A stretch of 63,955 nt of DNA, filler included, from Collodictyon triciliatum (GCA_043381765.1; 58 parts of 58 records of this genome joined end to end with filler, not necessarily neighbours in it), one strand, 5' to 3'; numbered from the whole stretch's first letter, positions 24,370 to 36,907 are shown. Translations and numbers: made by a program. Notes: a model not told the origin generated them from the sequence alone.

Positions 24370-25374
24370 TGCGAGGTTTGCTATGGCATCTGGGATGTGC
24401 AATCTGGATTCGTACAGTAGGTGAGTTTAAATGGGGAATGATTACTAAGTTTGCATAATCACTCTTCATCAGTCGTTTTTTTGTGTGCATATCGTGTAGT
24501 TCTATGACCTGATTTCCAGAAATATTGAGGGTCTCGATAATTGTTATTGTACAAATGGTTGCGGGGAATGCATCGAACTAAAAATCCCCGTGTACGTTTG
24601 TCAGTTAATGCATAAGGTATACTAGGCTATGTGAATCTTATGTTAACATATATTCCAATATTTATGTTTATGTATGTCTACATTTATATGCGTACCTTGC
24701 TGCTGCTGACGCTGAGATTTGTGAGATTTGTGAGATTCGTCAAGTTCGATATTAGCTGGCAGGTTCGATATCTATCTATTTATTATGAGTAATTAAAGAG
24801 GGCTTAATTACGAGAAAATTTCTAATATAATAGATTAACAAATAAGAGTGAAGGAGAATAAACGTAATCGTTGGAGGCGTCGATTATCTCCTTTTGGTCG
24901 CCATTTGGTCGCCATGCGGAAAGGTGATTAGTGTCAAGTCATGTGCACTTTGTTAGTTATCAAATATTGATATGTATACTTTTTATGCCGATTTTGTTTT
25001 ACTTACTATGTTCTGGCTGACGTTGATGGACTTCTGATTCACCAGGAGGGATATGTTGGCTGGAAGCATGGATACGTTTTTTCCGGTCAAATTTAGCGAG
25101 TGGAGTTGGATATATGCCTCGCTTGGTGTCCATCCCTAAACATCTTGTCCAAAGCTCCTTCAAATTTGTAAGTGATGTGATTTGTGGTAAAAAAAACTCT
25201 TCCATCTGTATGTGTTATTGTCAGAATTTTTTTCTTTTATCATTTTAAAAAAATATTGAATTGTTGTAATGAATGAAAAAAAAACAAACTGGGATGTTTC
25301 GAACGTTAATAAGAGTGAGGCCTGTCAGAAACGATATTTGTGGAGGCAGTGATGACAGCTGATTATGGTAAAGA
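24370..25374 (-). pseudogene. Paralog of the contig-1 LRR gene with frameshifted exons
   Basis: Intact 69-nt exon at 24577-24509 (FDAFPATICTITIIETLNISGNQ). The 24771-24696 exon is 76 nt (2-nt deletion plus 9-nt duplication) and the exon starting at 24403 lacks 2 nt. Introns are also similar to contig 1. Upstream exon reads LYHNQLSSLPPQISFLTGL. Confidence 0.8.
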
Positions 25375-27024
25375 NNNNNNNNNNNNNNNNNNNNNNNNNN
25401 NNNNNNNNNNNNNNNNNNTTAATTAATTAANNNNNNNNNNNNNNNNNNNNNNNNNNNNNNNNNNNNNNNNNNNNAGAGAAGAAAAAGAGAAGAAAAAGAG
25501 AAGAAAAAGAGAAGAAAAAGAGAAGAAAAAGAGAAGAAAAAGAGAAGAAAAAGAGAAGAAAAAGAGAAGAAAAGAAGAAAAAGAGAAGAGAAGAGAGAAG
25601 GAGAAGAAAAAGAGAAGAAAAAAGAAAAAAGAAGGAGAAAGAAGAAAGAAGTGGTAAATAACAACGACAATAAAAAATAAAAATAAAAAAGGATCGCTTA
25701 CGAATCTGCCTCCTTTTTCGAGGGTTGAGATGCCGAAAACCAAATAATTGCGGTATCGAGAAGGCCACCAAAGAGCGCCCACAAGAGGACGTTCCGAAAA
25801 TCGTCTGAGCTGTAATTGTGATATATAATCAAGAGAACAGATCCAAGGTACTTTCCGATGAGCACGAGAAGCGCAATCTACGGTGTATAAGTGTCGTAAT
25901 ATTATTTCGTGTGGGTGATAAAACAGGTAAATGAAATGGTGTTTTTTTCTTCTTCCTCTTCTTCTGGCCATGAGCGACACGAGCAAAATAAAATAAAAAT
26001 CGGGATTCCATATGTGTATGACGAGACGAAAGTTCATTCAAACCTTATAATAGTGGGAAAATACGCCAAACACGATGATAAATGTTATCAGCTCCATTAT
26101 TCGCAGGACGAAGCTTCCAAAATGTCGCAACTTTTGTCGATAGAGAGGAGCATAGTTGCATGTCGATGTGGTGATGGAGATGCATACAATCGAAATGATG
26201 ATTGAGCCAGTAATAAGCCGCTGATGGTTCGAATCCTTCAGGATATTGAGAAATTATTATTATTATTATTATTAATTTGCATTGAATTGATTCATGATTC
26301 TGCATGGATATATGTGTCAAACTGTACGTCATCTTCAAGAAGAATGTACAGCATTGCGTAAGACAGAGGAATCGATTGGAGCGTGGCATGAAATAGTTTA
26401 TTCCAGTAGAAGGGGCCCGTAAACTTGCCGTCCCTATGTTATAAAGATATACTTTAGGCATCAAATATATTACTAAAAANNNNNNNNNNNNNNNNNNNNN
26501 NNNNNNNNNNNNNNNNNNNNNNNTTAATTAATTAANNNNNNNNNNNNNNNNNNNNNNNNNNNNNNNNNNNNNNNNNNNNGGAAATGCATGATATTACTCA
26601 TCCAAAAGCAGTCGAAGAGTTTTGATATTTTTTTTCTTTTCAAGCTATCTCATTTGCTCGCCGATTCTCTCTCATTTTCAACCATTTTTTAATATTCATT
26701 TACTTCTGAAATAAAACATCATTAAGACTCTTTGATGGCCACTTTTGAAAGAATATGTAAAGTCTTTGCAAATACAATTGAATAATTTAACAATAACCAT
26801 GAAAACGTCGAAGTGATAGTTAGACATATATTTCATCATTTTAAGAAATTGCGCTAATTAATCTATCCTGTTAAGTATAAATTACATTACTAATATTTTC
26901 ATTTTTGAATGACTGAATGTATTGACAGCAAAAAAAAAAAAGTCATATGGTTCCGTCAAAAAGTGCAAAATAAATACGAGATCATGATTTCGACAGCGCC
27001 AGTCAGCTTCGTGCACGGTCGAAC

Positions 27025-27584
27025 TTGCATCGGGAAACGGAACCTCTCGGTCGATCTTTTGTGGCTGACGTACCACGATCAAAAAGTGCGATTGAGAACG
27101 AACTGTTCAAAGACGAACACTGCTTTGTCCGCCTTCGGGGCAAGCAATGGTCTGTTCTCTCTTTCGCAAACCGTAGTAATATGTGCAAGCAACTGCGTGC
27201 TGTAATGGAAGCCAGATATTGCTACGAGAAGGACGTGACTCTAATGGTGGACAGTCCTGCCCTCGGACTCAGAACCGCCTTCCCAAGAAAAGAAAACGCG
27301 GCTGCCTTCATTACAGAGGGGTCTTTCCAGCTTCTTAATCACCAATTTACCCCCATGCCAGCAAAAACTGTCACCGAGGTTGCGCACCTGTCTATTATAC
27401 CACTGGAGTTGACTGGACTGACATTTTCGAAGCCTGCAGCGAATACTTCACCCCAATCAAAGTCAACTGGACAAAGCCCGGAGGTATATGCATGAATGAT
27501 GCACTCGTTACATTCGACGAAGAACAGGAAAAAATGGGGAAAATACCTACCTTTGTCGTCATTCATGGCAGACGCTGTCGCGTG
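27025..27584 (+). mobile_element. LINE ORF1 (L1/Tx1-like), frameshifted
   Basis: CFVRLRGKQW...TAFPRKENAAAF, then in another frame RGICMNDALVTF...KIPTFVVIHGRRCRV, a Tx1/L1 ORF1-type motif. Confidence 0.6.
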
Positions 27585-27887
27585 NNNNNNNNNNNNNNNN
27601 NNNNNNNNNNNNNNNNNNNNNNNNNNNNTTAATTAATTAANNNNNNNNNNNNNNNNNNNNNNNNNNNNNNNNNNNNNNNNNNNNTATTCTTTCTCGCCTT
27701 TATTTTCTTTTACCCACCCAATACAGTATTCTATTACATTCCAAAATAGTTAAAAGGGACATCACACTGAAGAAGAGCAATCTATTTATTTAACAAAGTC
27801 ATGACAACTTGAAAACAAACAAACACAATACTCAACCACTTCCATGCACTCCTAAGCATCCGCAAAGCAAAGTCCCAACTCCGCCAA

Positions 27888-28529
27888 GTGCAACGCACCC
27901 GCGTACAGGAGAGCCGCAAGCGCACCGCAGACGACGCCACACGCACGCCGCAAAAATACAGCCGCATAGCCGCGCCTCAACCCGCAGTCCCGGTCACACC
28001 AACTGCAGTTCCAGTCACGCCCACCGCAGTCCTGACTCCGACCGCATCTTCATGGGCTGATTACAACACAGCCACATCCCCACACGCATACGACTACAGC
28101 TACGGGTCACTGCCGGCCACAGGCAAACAGGCTGCAGCTTCACCATTTGCTGCACCAATTGCGGTTCCAGTCACGCCCACCGCAACACGGAAATCTCCCA
28201 AACGGACCACAGTCTCGACCCCAGCGACTCCTACATCGAGAGACCAGAACACAGCTACATCTTCACATACTTGCAACAGCAAAAACATGACACAGTCAGC
28301 CGCAGGCGAACAGGCTGCACCTCCACCATTTGCTGCACCAATTGCGGTTCCAGTCACGCCTACCAAAACATTGAAATCTGCCGCACAGACAGCAGTCCCA
28401 ACGTCGGCTGCGTCTTCATGGGCTGATTACAACACAGCCACATCCCCACATGCATATGACTACAGCTACGGGCCACTGTCGGTCACAGATCAATACCCGT
28501 ATCCTGCTTCATACAACTACGGCTCGTAG
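27888..28529 (+). CDS. Thr/Pro/Ala-rich hypothetical protein with internal duplications
   Basis: 213-aa ORF. ASSWADYNTATSPHAYDYSYG and PFAAPIAVPVTPT each occur twice. Confidence 0.5.
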   Translation: MQRTRVQESRKRTADDATRTPQKYSRIAAPQPAVPVTPTAVPVTPTAVLTPTASSWADYNTATSPHAYDYSYGSLPATGKQAAASPFAAPIAVPVTPTATRKSPKRTTVSTPATPTSRDQNTATSSHTCNSKNMTQSAAGEQAAPPPFAAPIAVPVTPTKTLKSAAQTAVPTSAASSWADYNTATSPHAYDYSYGPLSVTDQYPYPASYNYGS

Positions 28530-28592
28530 GGAGGCGCTCAATAAACTAAGATGCAACGCTTGAGCCGCGAAGCACACTCGTGGTTATTTGAT

Positions 28593-28689
<97 letters not shown>

Positions 28690-28789
28690 NNNNNNNNNNN
28701 NNNNNNNNNNNNNNNNNNNNNNNNNNNNNNNNNTTAATTAATTAANNNNNNNNNNNNNNNNNNNNNNNNNNNNNNNNNNNNNNNNNNNN

Positions 28790-29793
28790 AGACGAGGACG
28801 ATGAACCACCTCAGCCCACTACCGCCACCCAACCAAGAAGCTCCTCTCGCAAGGAACTCCCAAAGAAAGCAAATGAGACTTTGGAAATGCGTCACCCTGA
28901 AATCAACCGAACAAACAGACCAAGGCACGGCTTCTTCGCCTGGAAGAACCCCTGAGAATAGGACGACTACCCCAAATACACCAGCAGCAAACCCGAGCTC
29001 CAAACCCCAATCTAAACCACCGAGAGTAGAAAGGCCTTCACCAGCGCCTCAATCCAAGTCGACTAAACAACTAAACATAGTCAGCTTCATGTTCCATACT
29101 AGCCCCTGATGTGACTCCAGCAAAGCACGTGCAAAAATCGAATAGCCCTAAAGAAGCAAACTCCAGCAACGACTCGCTCTATCTCTCACTTGAGTCCCAA
29201 GAGACAGTGACTGAATCAGGAACACCCCAGAGCAGCGTCAGCTTCACACCGCAATTCCCAACATTCGAGGGCGCCCCTAACAAAAAAAACTACCAGCATG
29301 CTGCAATTCCCATGTGTATTGCTCGCGCAAGCCCTAGCCCAAAAAGAACGAGCACAGAGCTGACAGCCTCGCCAGAAAACACACAACTTTCCACCGCAGA
29401 GGCCGTAGCGTCACCTGCACAACACAGAAGGAAACTATCAACGCCAAAATTCCGAAGGACGCATGCTGAGATACCAAGAATAACTTCCGAAACAAATACA
29501 ACAACCATAGCCACAGAAACACCCACAACCACCACGACCGAATCAACACAGATATCCGCAAACACAACTGAACACAATGAGAGCGCCGCTGCTCTCACGG
29601 AGGGTCCTCCCTCCACTCTCATTAATAACAGACCATGCGTTTCGGCGTTCTGTCATGGAACGCTAGGGGGATTAACGACCCCCACAGGCGAAAAGAGGTT
29701 TACAAGACAGCTCTTTTCACCCACGCGGATATCATCTGTCTTCAAGAGACGTGGCAGAGCCCTGAGACCCAATCTACTGAATTTGGGTGGAAG
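28790..29793 (+). mobile_element. LINE fragment: ORF1 tail plus ORF2 APE endonuclease start (ATG 29635)
   Basis: MRFGVLSWNARGINDPHRRKEVYKTALFTHADIICLQETW contains APE motifs I and II (D-I-I-C-L-Q-E-T). Confidence 0.9.
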
Positions 29794-29893
29794 NNNNNNN
29801 NNNNNNNNNNNNNNNNNNNNNNNNNNNNNNNNNNNNNTTAATTAATTAANNNNNNNNNNNNNNNNNNNNNNNNNNNNNNNNNNNNNNNNNNNN

Positions 29894-30897
29894 AAAGCCT
29901 TCCTGGCACTCGTCCACAATCATCGTCTATTTCATCATCTCCCGCTGCGCTGCTACCAATCTCCGGAAAATACCAGATGGAGACACATGATTCACGGGGC
30001 GACCATCCTTTTCCCACTTCGACAGTGTCTTCTGCCGGGAAAGCGCCATCCAAAGTGAAGAAAGAGTCCTATGATGACACATATACTCCGAAGATGGAGG
30101 CAGTGTCCGAAGGTCATTCATACAAGAAGAAAACCAAGAAGAAAAAGAAAGAAGAAGAGGCGCTTGAAAGCGAGAGCACCTTTGAAGACCTCGGCTCTAA
30201 CTTGGGTGTTATAGGAAGCAGTGCAGGGGCGTCACAATTGATGCCTCTACCAAAGCCCATGTTTTCCGAATCCGCAGCACCGGCGCTATCGCCTCTGCCG
30301 CTTCCATCACCAGCAATACTCTCCCAAGCAGCCCCCTACAAATCATCTGCTGCTTTTTCGCCACCTCCTGTGATTCATCCTGATCCTTTTGCAGCCCTGT
30401 CTCCTCACAAATCATCATCTGTTTCACCACCACCACCGCCACCGCCACCGCCACCGCCTTCTGGAGGGTTAGCAGGTCCACCCCCACCTTTGCCGCCACC
30501 TTTCGGGGGCCCTGCAGCTTTGCCGCCACCGCCACCGCCTTCTGGAGGGTTAGCGGCTCCACTCCCACCTTCGCCGCCACCTTTCGGGGGCCCTGCAGCT
30601 TTTTCGCCTCCCAGGATGCAGTCGGATATGCTCTCATCTCTGGCACTCGGGTCAGCGCTCAAGTTCAAAAGAGCCGAGGCCGACTCCGATGATTGGTCAG
30701 GCGCATCCGATGGCTTCGATAACTTCGCCGACGTTGCTTATGATGTTTCACCTGCGTCTCCGTCCCCGCCTTCATCTCGTCCTCCTCCTCCTCCACCACC
30801 ACCACCGCCGCCTCCGCCTCTTCCACATGGGGCAGTGATGCGTATCCCTATGAAGCCTGAAGCAGCACAGCCAACATATACGCAGACTATTGTTGTA
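29894..30897 (+). CDS. Poly-proline-rich protein fragment (FH1/WASP-like low complexity)
   Basis: Open frame across the contig with repeated PPPPPP(S/F)GG(L/P)A units. Confidence 0.65.
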
Positions 30898-30997
30898 NNN
30901 NNNNNNNNNNNNNNNNNNNNNNNNNNNNNNNNNNNNNNNNNTTAATTAATTAANNNNNNNNNNNNNNNNNNNNNNNNNNNNNNNNNNNNNNNNNNNN

Positions 30998-32001
30998 TTG
31001 TCAACTGTATTGGTGTCGCAGTAGTCGCTCAAATGGCTTATCGCATCATTTTTCTGGGCGCTTGTCATTTGAGTGAAGTGCTGGAACGGCATGGACGCGT
31101 TTTGCTTGGAGTTTGCTTTGCTGATTTCTTGCTCCCCACTTTCTTGAGTGTCGGCAAGCAGCTCATGAATTTGTGTGCGGCTTGTTCTATAGCGATATTA
31201 TTTAGCATTTAAGATGTACTGACTATTAGAGACTTCTATAATTGCTCGAGCTCATGTGTTGGTCTCGTCGTATCGACTCACTTTCCCTTGACCACCACAT
31301 ATTCCAGCGGTCTTGATATCATGCGCGGCTGGATGGAGCTGCGTGTCTCCTCGCTTATGATGATGTTTGTCTTGTATCGCTTGTTCAATCCTTCTAGCCT
31401 AAGCGCAAGACATCAATCACGGCATAGCTCACAAACATCATTTCACATAATATAATATCAGTATAGCTGACATGATAGATATTTCCGCACCTCGACGCCA
31501 AGTTCATGCTATCTCCGATAGAGTCGTATTTCATTCTCTTTGAAGACCCGATGTTACCAGCATAGACTAGTCCAGTGTGTATTCCGATACGGACATTGAG
31601 AGGCTCTTTAATAAGTCTTTTTGAAAGCCACTTGTTGTTGAGCTCTCCTAGAGCTCGCTTTATTTTTGTTTTTGGTGTAGAATTCAGAGTCTCATATGTG
31701 TGATATTGATGAATATTTAGCCAGCATGGATGCTTTACTCACAGTGTATCGAACGGCACAAATGCAGGCACATAGGGCGTGGTCAGGCACATCGGTTGGC
31801 GCGTTCCATATAGCCTATTCATAAAAATAAAAATAAATATAAAAATGCATTCAAAGCTGTCTATGATTCATTTAAAATAAGTTTCAATATTTTTCCTTAT
31901 TCGATTCAAAGACTAGAATAAATGTCACATAAACTTCACTAACCACAACCGCATCGCCGATAAAGTCGACCACGGTTCCACCTGTCGCTATGATGATGCC
32001 A
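30998..32001 (-). CDS. Class III nucleotidyl (adenylate/guanylate) cyclase catalytic domain, spliced
   Basis: Exons read GGTVVDFIGDAVV / AIWNAPTDVPDHALCAC / LNVRIGIHTGLVYAGNIGSSKRMKYDSIGDSMNLASR / LEGLNKRYKTNIIISEET...VVVKGK. Absent from the ORF track because the exons are short. Confidence 0.92.
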
Positions 32002-32630
32002 NNNNNNNNNNNNNNNNNNNNNNNNNNNNNNNNNNNNNNNNNNNNTTAATTAATTAANNNNNNNNNNNNNNNNNNNNNNNNNNNNNNNNNNNNNNNNNNN
32101 NCTTTGACCGGTAAATCGGTGTGGTCGAGGAGCCTTGGTCGAGTTGTGTCCTCGATTCTCGTGCGTTCGAGTGTGTTTGTCTCAAGCTTGCACTTTCGAC
32201 CTATACACTCGGGTCGAACTCCATGATATTATTCTGTTCAAGGAATCTTCATCTTTTTTTTAAAAAATCTTTTCTATGCGTAACAGCTCTAGTTGTTGGT
32301 GCCTGTGCCAGCAATCCCTAATCCTAGTTAAAAAGGATCAAAGCTCATTGTCACAAATCCTTTCTGCTGTCTCTACAACTAGATTTCACACCGAAGCTAG
32401 TCACCACCGCGCAAAATTGTTTATGAGGACTCAAATACTCGCGTCTGTCCATCTAATAAACCTTTCTGGTATACGGTTGCCCGTTTAGATTGCTAGCTAC
32501 TAACCAAATGTATATTAAAAACATTTGAAAACCAAAACTAGAATGAATCGGTAAATGAAAACAATAGATTGAAATTCTCATTACAAGCAAACACAATCGA
32601 CTTGTTCTTCTTATATTGTTTCTAGTTTAA

Positions 32631-32906
32631 TCATCTACTGAATGCTGCTTCCATTTCGACTTGATTCACGGAGTTGAATTCTGTGGCTACTCTTCTCTTT
32701 TTTAAGAAGGAAGCAATAAGCGCAATCAGCGCAAAATAAAGCAACCATATTGAGTTAATTCCAATAATCAGAGCGGTAATCCACGAATTTAAACCGAAAA
32801 GAGTCGATAAAAGTGAAAGAAAGAAAGACAAGAGAATGATGTAGAGACTCGACAACTCCATTTGGTTTTCAATGACTGACTCGTATGGAATGTATTTCTT
32901 TTGCAT
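32631..32906 (-). CDS. Membrane protein, C-terminal exon
   Basis: PYESVIENQMELSSLYIILLSFFL plus two TM helices. Similar in style to 43378-43797. Confidence 0.5.
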   Translation of the reverse strand: MQKKYIPYESVIENQMELSSLYIILLSFFLSLLSTLFGLNSWITALIIGINSIWLLYFALIALIASFLKKRRVATEFNSVNQVEMEAAFSR

Positions 32907-33667
32907 CCATATGGAGCCCTACAATATTGTTTTCAGATATATAAATTTAACACTTGTCGAGATAAATAACAATTGAAAATTAGCACAGCTGTTTTTTTTT
33001 TCAAACCTGAATCACAATAACCAGAAGCAGAAAGAAAACAGCTGGGTTGGTGTATGGAATAACGCTGAGGACAAATGAGAATGCCACTCGACGCACAATT
33101 ATGACNNNNNNNNNNNNNNNNNNNNNNNNNNNNNNNNNNNNNNNNNNNNTTAATTAATTAANNNNNNNNNNNNNNNNNNNNNNNNNNNNNNNNNNNNNNN
33201 NNNNNATTTTTCTCTATTTTTTTCTCTTTTTTTCTCTTTTTTTCTCTTTTTTTTCTCTTTTTTTCTCTTTTTTTTCTCTTTTTTTCTCTTTTTTTCTCTT
33301 TTTTCTCTTTTTTTTCTCTTTTTTTCTCTTTTTTTTCTCTTTTTTTCTCTCTTTTTTACCTTTCCTGATCCCCCTCGTGTACTCTTACCTTAAGTTAAAA
33401 AAGAAAAAGAAAAAGAAAAAGAAAAAGAAAAAGAAAAAGAAAACGAAAAAAAAGAAAAAAAGAAAAAAGAAGAAAAAAAGAAAACGAAAAGAAAAAGATA
33501 AGGAAAGAAAAAGAAAAAGAAAAAAGAAAAAAAAAGGAAAACGAAAAGGAAAAGGAAAAGGAAAACGAAAAGATAAGGAAAGAAAAAGAAAAAGAAAAAG
33601 AAAAAGAAAAAGAAAAAGGAAAACGAAAATGAAAACGAAAAGGAAAAGGAAAAGAGTAAGAAACAGG

Positions 33668-34094
33668 AGAGCAAGATTTAACGAACAGGCACGCAGGCAT
33701 GATTGCGCGGACGCTTCTCTTTCCGAGCAGGTCTGCACACCCGCAAGCCGGCCACGTTCCAACTTCCGCACCCACGGCCGCGCCACTCCGTGGAGAGCGA
33801 CCCATTCCCCACGGCCAAGAGACCCACCACAACGAACTCGCAGCCGCAGCCGAAACCGAGACGGAGCTGCTTGACTTTTCGTGTGGCATTCAGTTGGGCA
33901 AAGCACGGCTGAGCTCATCGCCTTTGTCGATATTGGCACCAAAACACGCATCTCCTTGTGCAGATCCCCCGGCAGCACTTTCTGAGCAAGATAAGAAGAC
34001 CCTCTTTCAAAGACTCGCTCCGGATCCAAAGCTGTCCCAGGCATATGAAATCAGGTTTCAAAAGGCAGATACAGACCCTTCGCAATGGGCAAAG
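33668..34094 (+). CDS. Internal exon of an unknown protein
   Basis: GC-rich open frame between an AG and a GT, flanked by microsatellite introns. Confidence 0.4.
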
Positions 34095-34114
34095 GTGGAT
34101 TTTCCATCTTGCAT

Positions 34115-34209
<95 letters not shown>

Positions 34210-34366
34210 TTNNNNNNNNNNNNNNNNNNNNNNNNNNNNNNNNNNNNNNNNNNNNTTAATTAATTAANNNNNNNNNNNNNNNNNNNNNNNNNNNNNNNNN
34301 NNNNNNNNNNNGTGGGCACTAGGTTTGGAATGTCACTTTTCATTGTGTAGGTTAGCACTACAAACT

Positions 34367-35315
34367 TGTATCTCGGTGGCAAAGTGGTCGAAGAGGAGAC
34401 GGTCGAAGTTCCGTCCACCTACGTTTCGGTCAAAGCCTACCCCAAGGATCTGCGTAGAATTAGAAAGATTACTAACTTGACGGACTGGGTCAAGTCCACT
34501 AGAGTGATGGAAGTGGGTGAAGGGCGCAAATACCTTGAGCTTTCCTTTGACGAACTGAGCGATGGTAACGGAGAACGAAGAGTGTCCAAGATCACAGAAG
34601 GCGACGTTGATTGGGTCAGTCTCGGACAGGTCCGTACGGTAGATTCCGTAAGCCAAGGCAACTGCCGTTTGGTGACTTTGTTAGTAGATGCTGGTTATCG
34701 GTTCAAAGTGTGTAAGCTGGGTGGCAGAAGTGTGAATGTGTGAGCTTACCAGCACAGTTCTCGTTCATGAGGCGAAGGCAGTTGACTCCAGCAATCTTGG
34801 TGGCGTCTAGGTAGGCCCGTCGTTGGGCGTCGGTGAAGTAAGCAGGCACCTGCGTGGACATAAAAGGGAAGTGAGTTTGGGCTCTGAGGACGCATACTGC
34901 TTGCTGGCACCAGCAGGAGGTGCCTTGCTCTGTCTTTTTTCAGCTTTGTAGTGTTTGACCCACAGAGACGTCGTATAACGTAGGTAATAGTTGTAACATC
35001 ATCAAAAAGTGTAAGGCATGTGGCTGAGGTAGGGAAAGGACAGAAGGAGTGCTAGTGCATATTAGAAATTACCGCAATCACACTGTCGGCAAGCTTCAGG
35101 CCTCCGTTGGCCTTCTCTGCGGTATCTGCGAGTTTCTTCAGAAGCATCGCCAGGATGCGCTCTGGGGTGAATGTGACATCCTCGCCGTTGTAGCTGACGC
35201 GGATAAGAATGCCGCCATCTGCGCTACGCACGACGGCATATGGGAAGTTCTTGATTTCCTCCTGGACTTCGGGCTCGTCGAAGCGGCGACCGATGAGGCG
35301 CTTGAACTGACTGAT
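34367..35315 (-). CDS. HSP110: Hsp110 (Sse1/HSPH1-type Hsp70 family), spliced fragment
   Basis: [57 protein letters not shown]...[10 protein letters not shown]...FVKGKLK; GGRNFD. These are Hsp110-specific motifs. Confidence 0.92.
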
Positions 35316-35415
35316 NNNNNNNNNNNNNNNNNNNNNNNNNNNNNNNNNNNNNNNNNNNNTTAATTAATTAANNNNNNNNNNNNNNNNNNNNNNNNNNNNN
35401 NNNNNNNNNNNNNNN

Positions 35416-36419
35416 GGAGGACCCGACCACACGAACCACAGTTGTGCACACGATTCTCGACACAGTCGGCATCACAAACAAAATTCTGAACAGGATTCGC
35501 TCAGCTGTGTTGAACCAAACTGGAATCCCAGTCGAAAATGTCTTTGTTGGAGCAACACACACTCACTCGGGACCAGGTTTTTCCTTTCTCACATATCTCA
35601 CCTGTTCCCTCCCGTTACTTTTGTATATAAGGATGAAAAAAATTGGATCTCCTTGTATTAAATGGAAACATTTGATTTTCTCGATCAAACTCATCTCATA
35701 ACACCTGGCGCAATGAAAATATCATCTGCGATTATGTGACCAGTGGCAGGGCAAATAAATAAATAAATCAATAAATCAATAAATCAATAAATAAACAGAT
35801 CTTCAAGGTTTGTGGGGAGGTGTGAGCCCAGCGTATGAGCAGAATGTGGTGGATGGAACAATCCTCTCCATCACCGAAGCGTGGCGTTCCCGCCGCGAAG
35901 CCAACATATTCGCCTCCAAAATAGCTGTTGACCAAAAGTATGCAAATAACCGCCGTGGATGGGGATACACAGACACTGAAATGACTGTGCTGGATGCTAT
36001 CGGTGTCGATGGCCGCAGAATCGCAACATTTGTCAACTTCCAGGCTCACCCTGTTGTTCTGGGCTCAAGCAATCTGGTATTTCTTTTTCTGTCTTCCCTG
36101 TCGAGCAGCACGAAGAAACATGGAAAGAGAAGTGAAAGAAAAGGAAACAAGTTTTGCGAGGATGATAAAAAAAAGTCCTACAAATTCCCTTTTCTTTTCG
36201 TTTCGTTTCCTTTCCTTTTTTTTTCTTCCTAGAGAAGAAAGCAGCCCATGATAATTTTTTTAATTCTTCTAGCAAAGCAGATATTCCGACCAGATACTGA
36301 CTTATATTCATCAATCGTATGAAACTTAGCTTTGCTCGGCCGACTATGTCTACTATACGCGTCTTGGCGTGGAGGAGGCTCTCGGTGCACCAGCCATCTA
36401 CTTTAACGGACCGATTGGT
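35416..36419 (+). CDS. Neutral/alkaline ceramidase-superfamily hydrolase, spliced
   Basis: VFVGATHTHSGP/DLQGLWGG, NNRRG, FVNFQAHP, SADYV...AIYFNGPIG. Two introns are visible. Confidence 0.85.
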
Positions 36420-36874
36420 NNNNNNNNNNNNNNNNNNNNNNNNNNNNNNNNNNNNNNNNNNNNTTAATTAATTAANNNNNNNNNNNNNNNNNNNNNNNNN
36501 NNNNNNNNNNNNNNNNNNNCACAAGAAAGGACCCAAGACTATGTGAAGGCCATGCGAAATGCAGGTACTTTTTTTCTTCATAATTTGATTATACTTTTCT
36601 CTCGATTTGCCTATATAGGTTTTTTTTTTCTAAGAAATCCTTTTTTTTCTATGTATATAAAACTATGCTATTTAGGAATACGATTCGTATTTTTCTCACC
36701 ATCAAATCCACTCAAAACTTTGGCGTTTGGAGAGCGTCTTGGGTTAGAAACGGTACGTTTTGATGATCTCATATTTTTTTTTAATTTTTATTAGAAGTAC
36801 TCACATCACCCAACCTCTTCTATTTTCGTCTAGTTTATATATACTATTCAAGGATATATTATCCAATTATATCT

Positions 36875-36907
36875 GCACAAAAGTTGAAAGGAAGAATAAA
36901 AAAAAAA
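36875..36907 (+). mobile_element. Micro retro-insertion (3' tail GCACAAAAGTTGAAAGGAAGAATAAA-polyA) with 17-bp TSD
   Basis: Flanked by ATTATCCAATTATATCT at 36858-36874 and 36908-36924. Confidence 0.8.

Noticed and set aside
34366-34743. Plus-strand ORFs at 34366 and 35049
   Set aside because: They are antisense shadows of the HSP110 exons.
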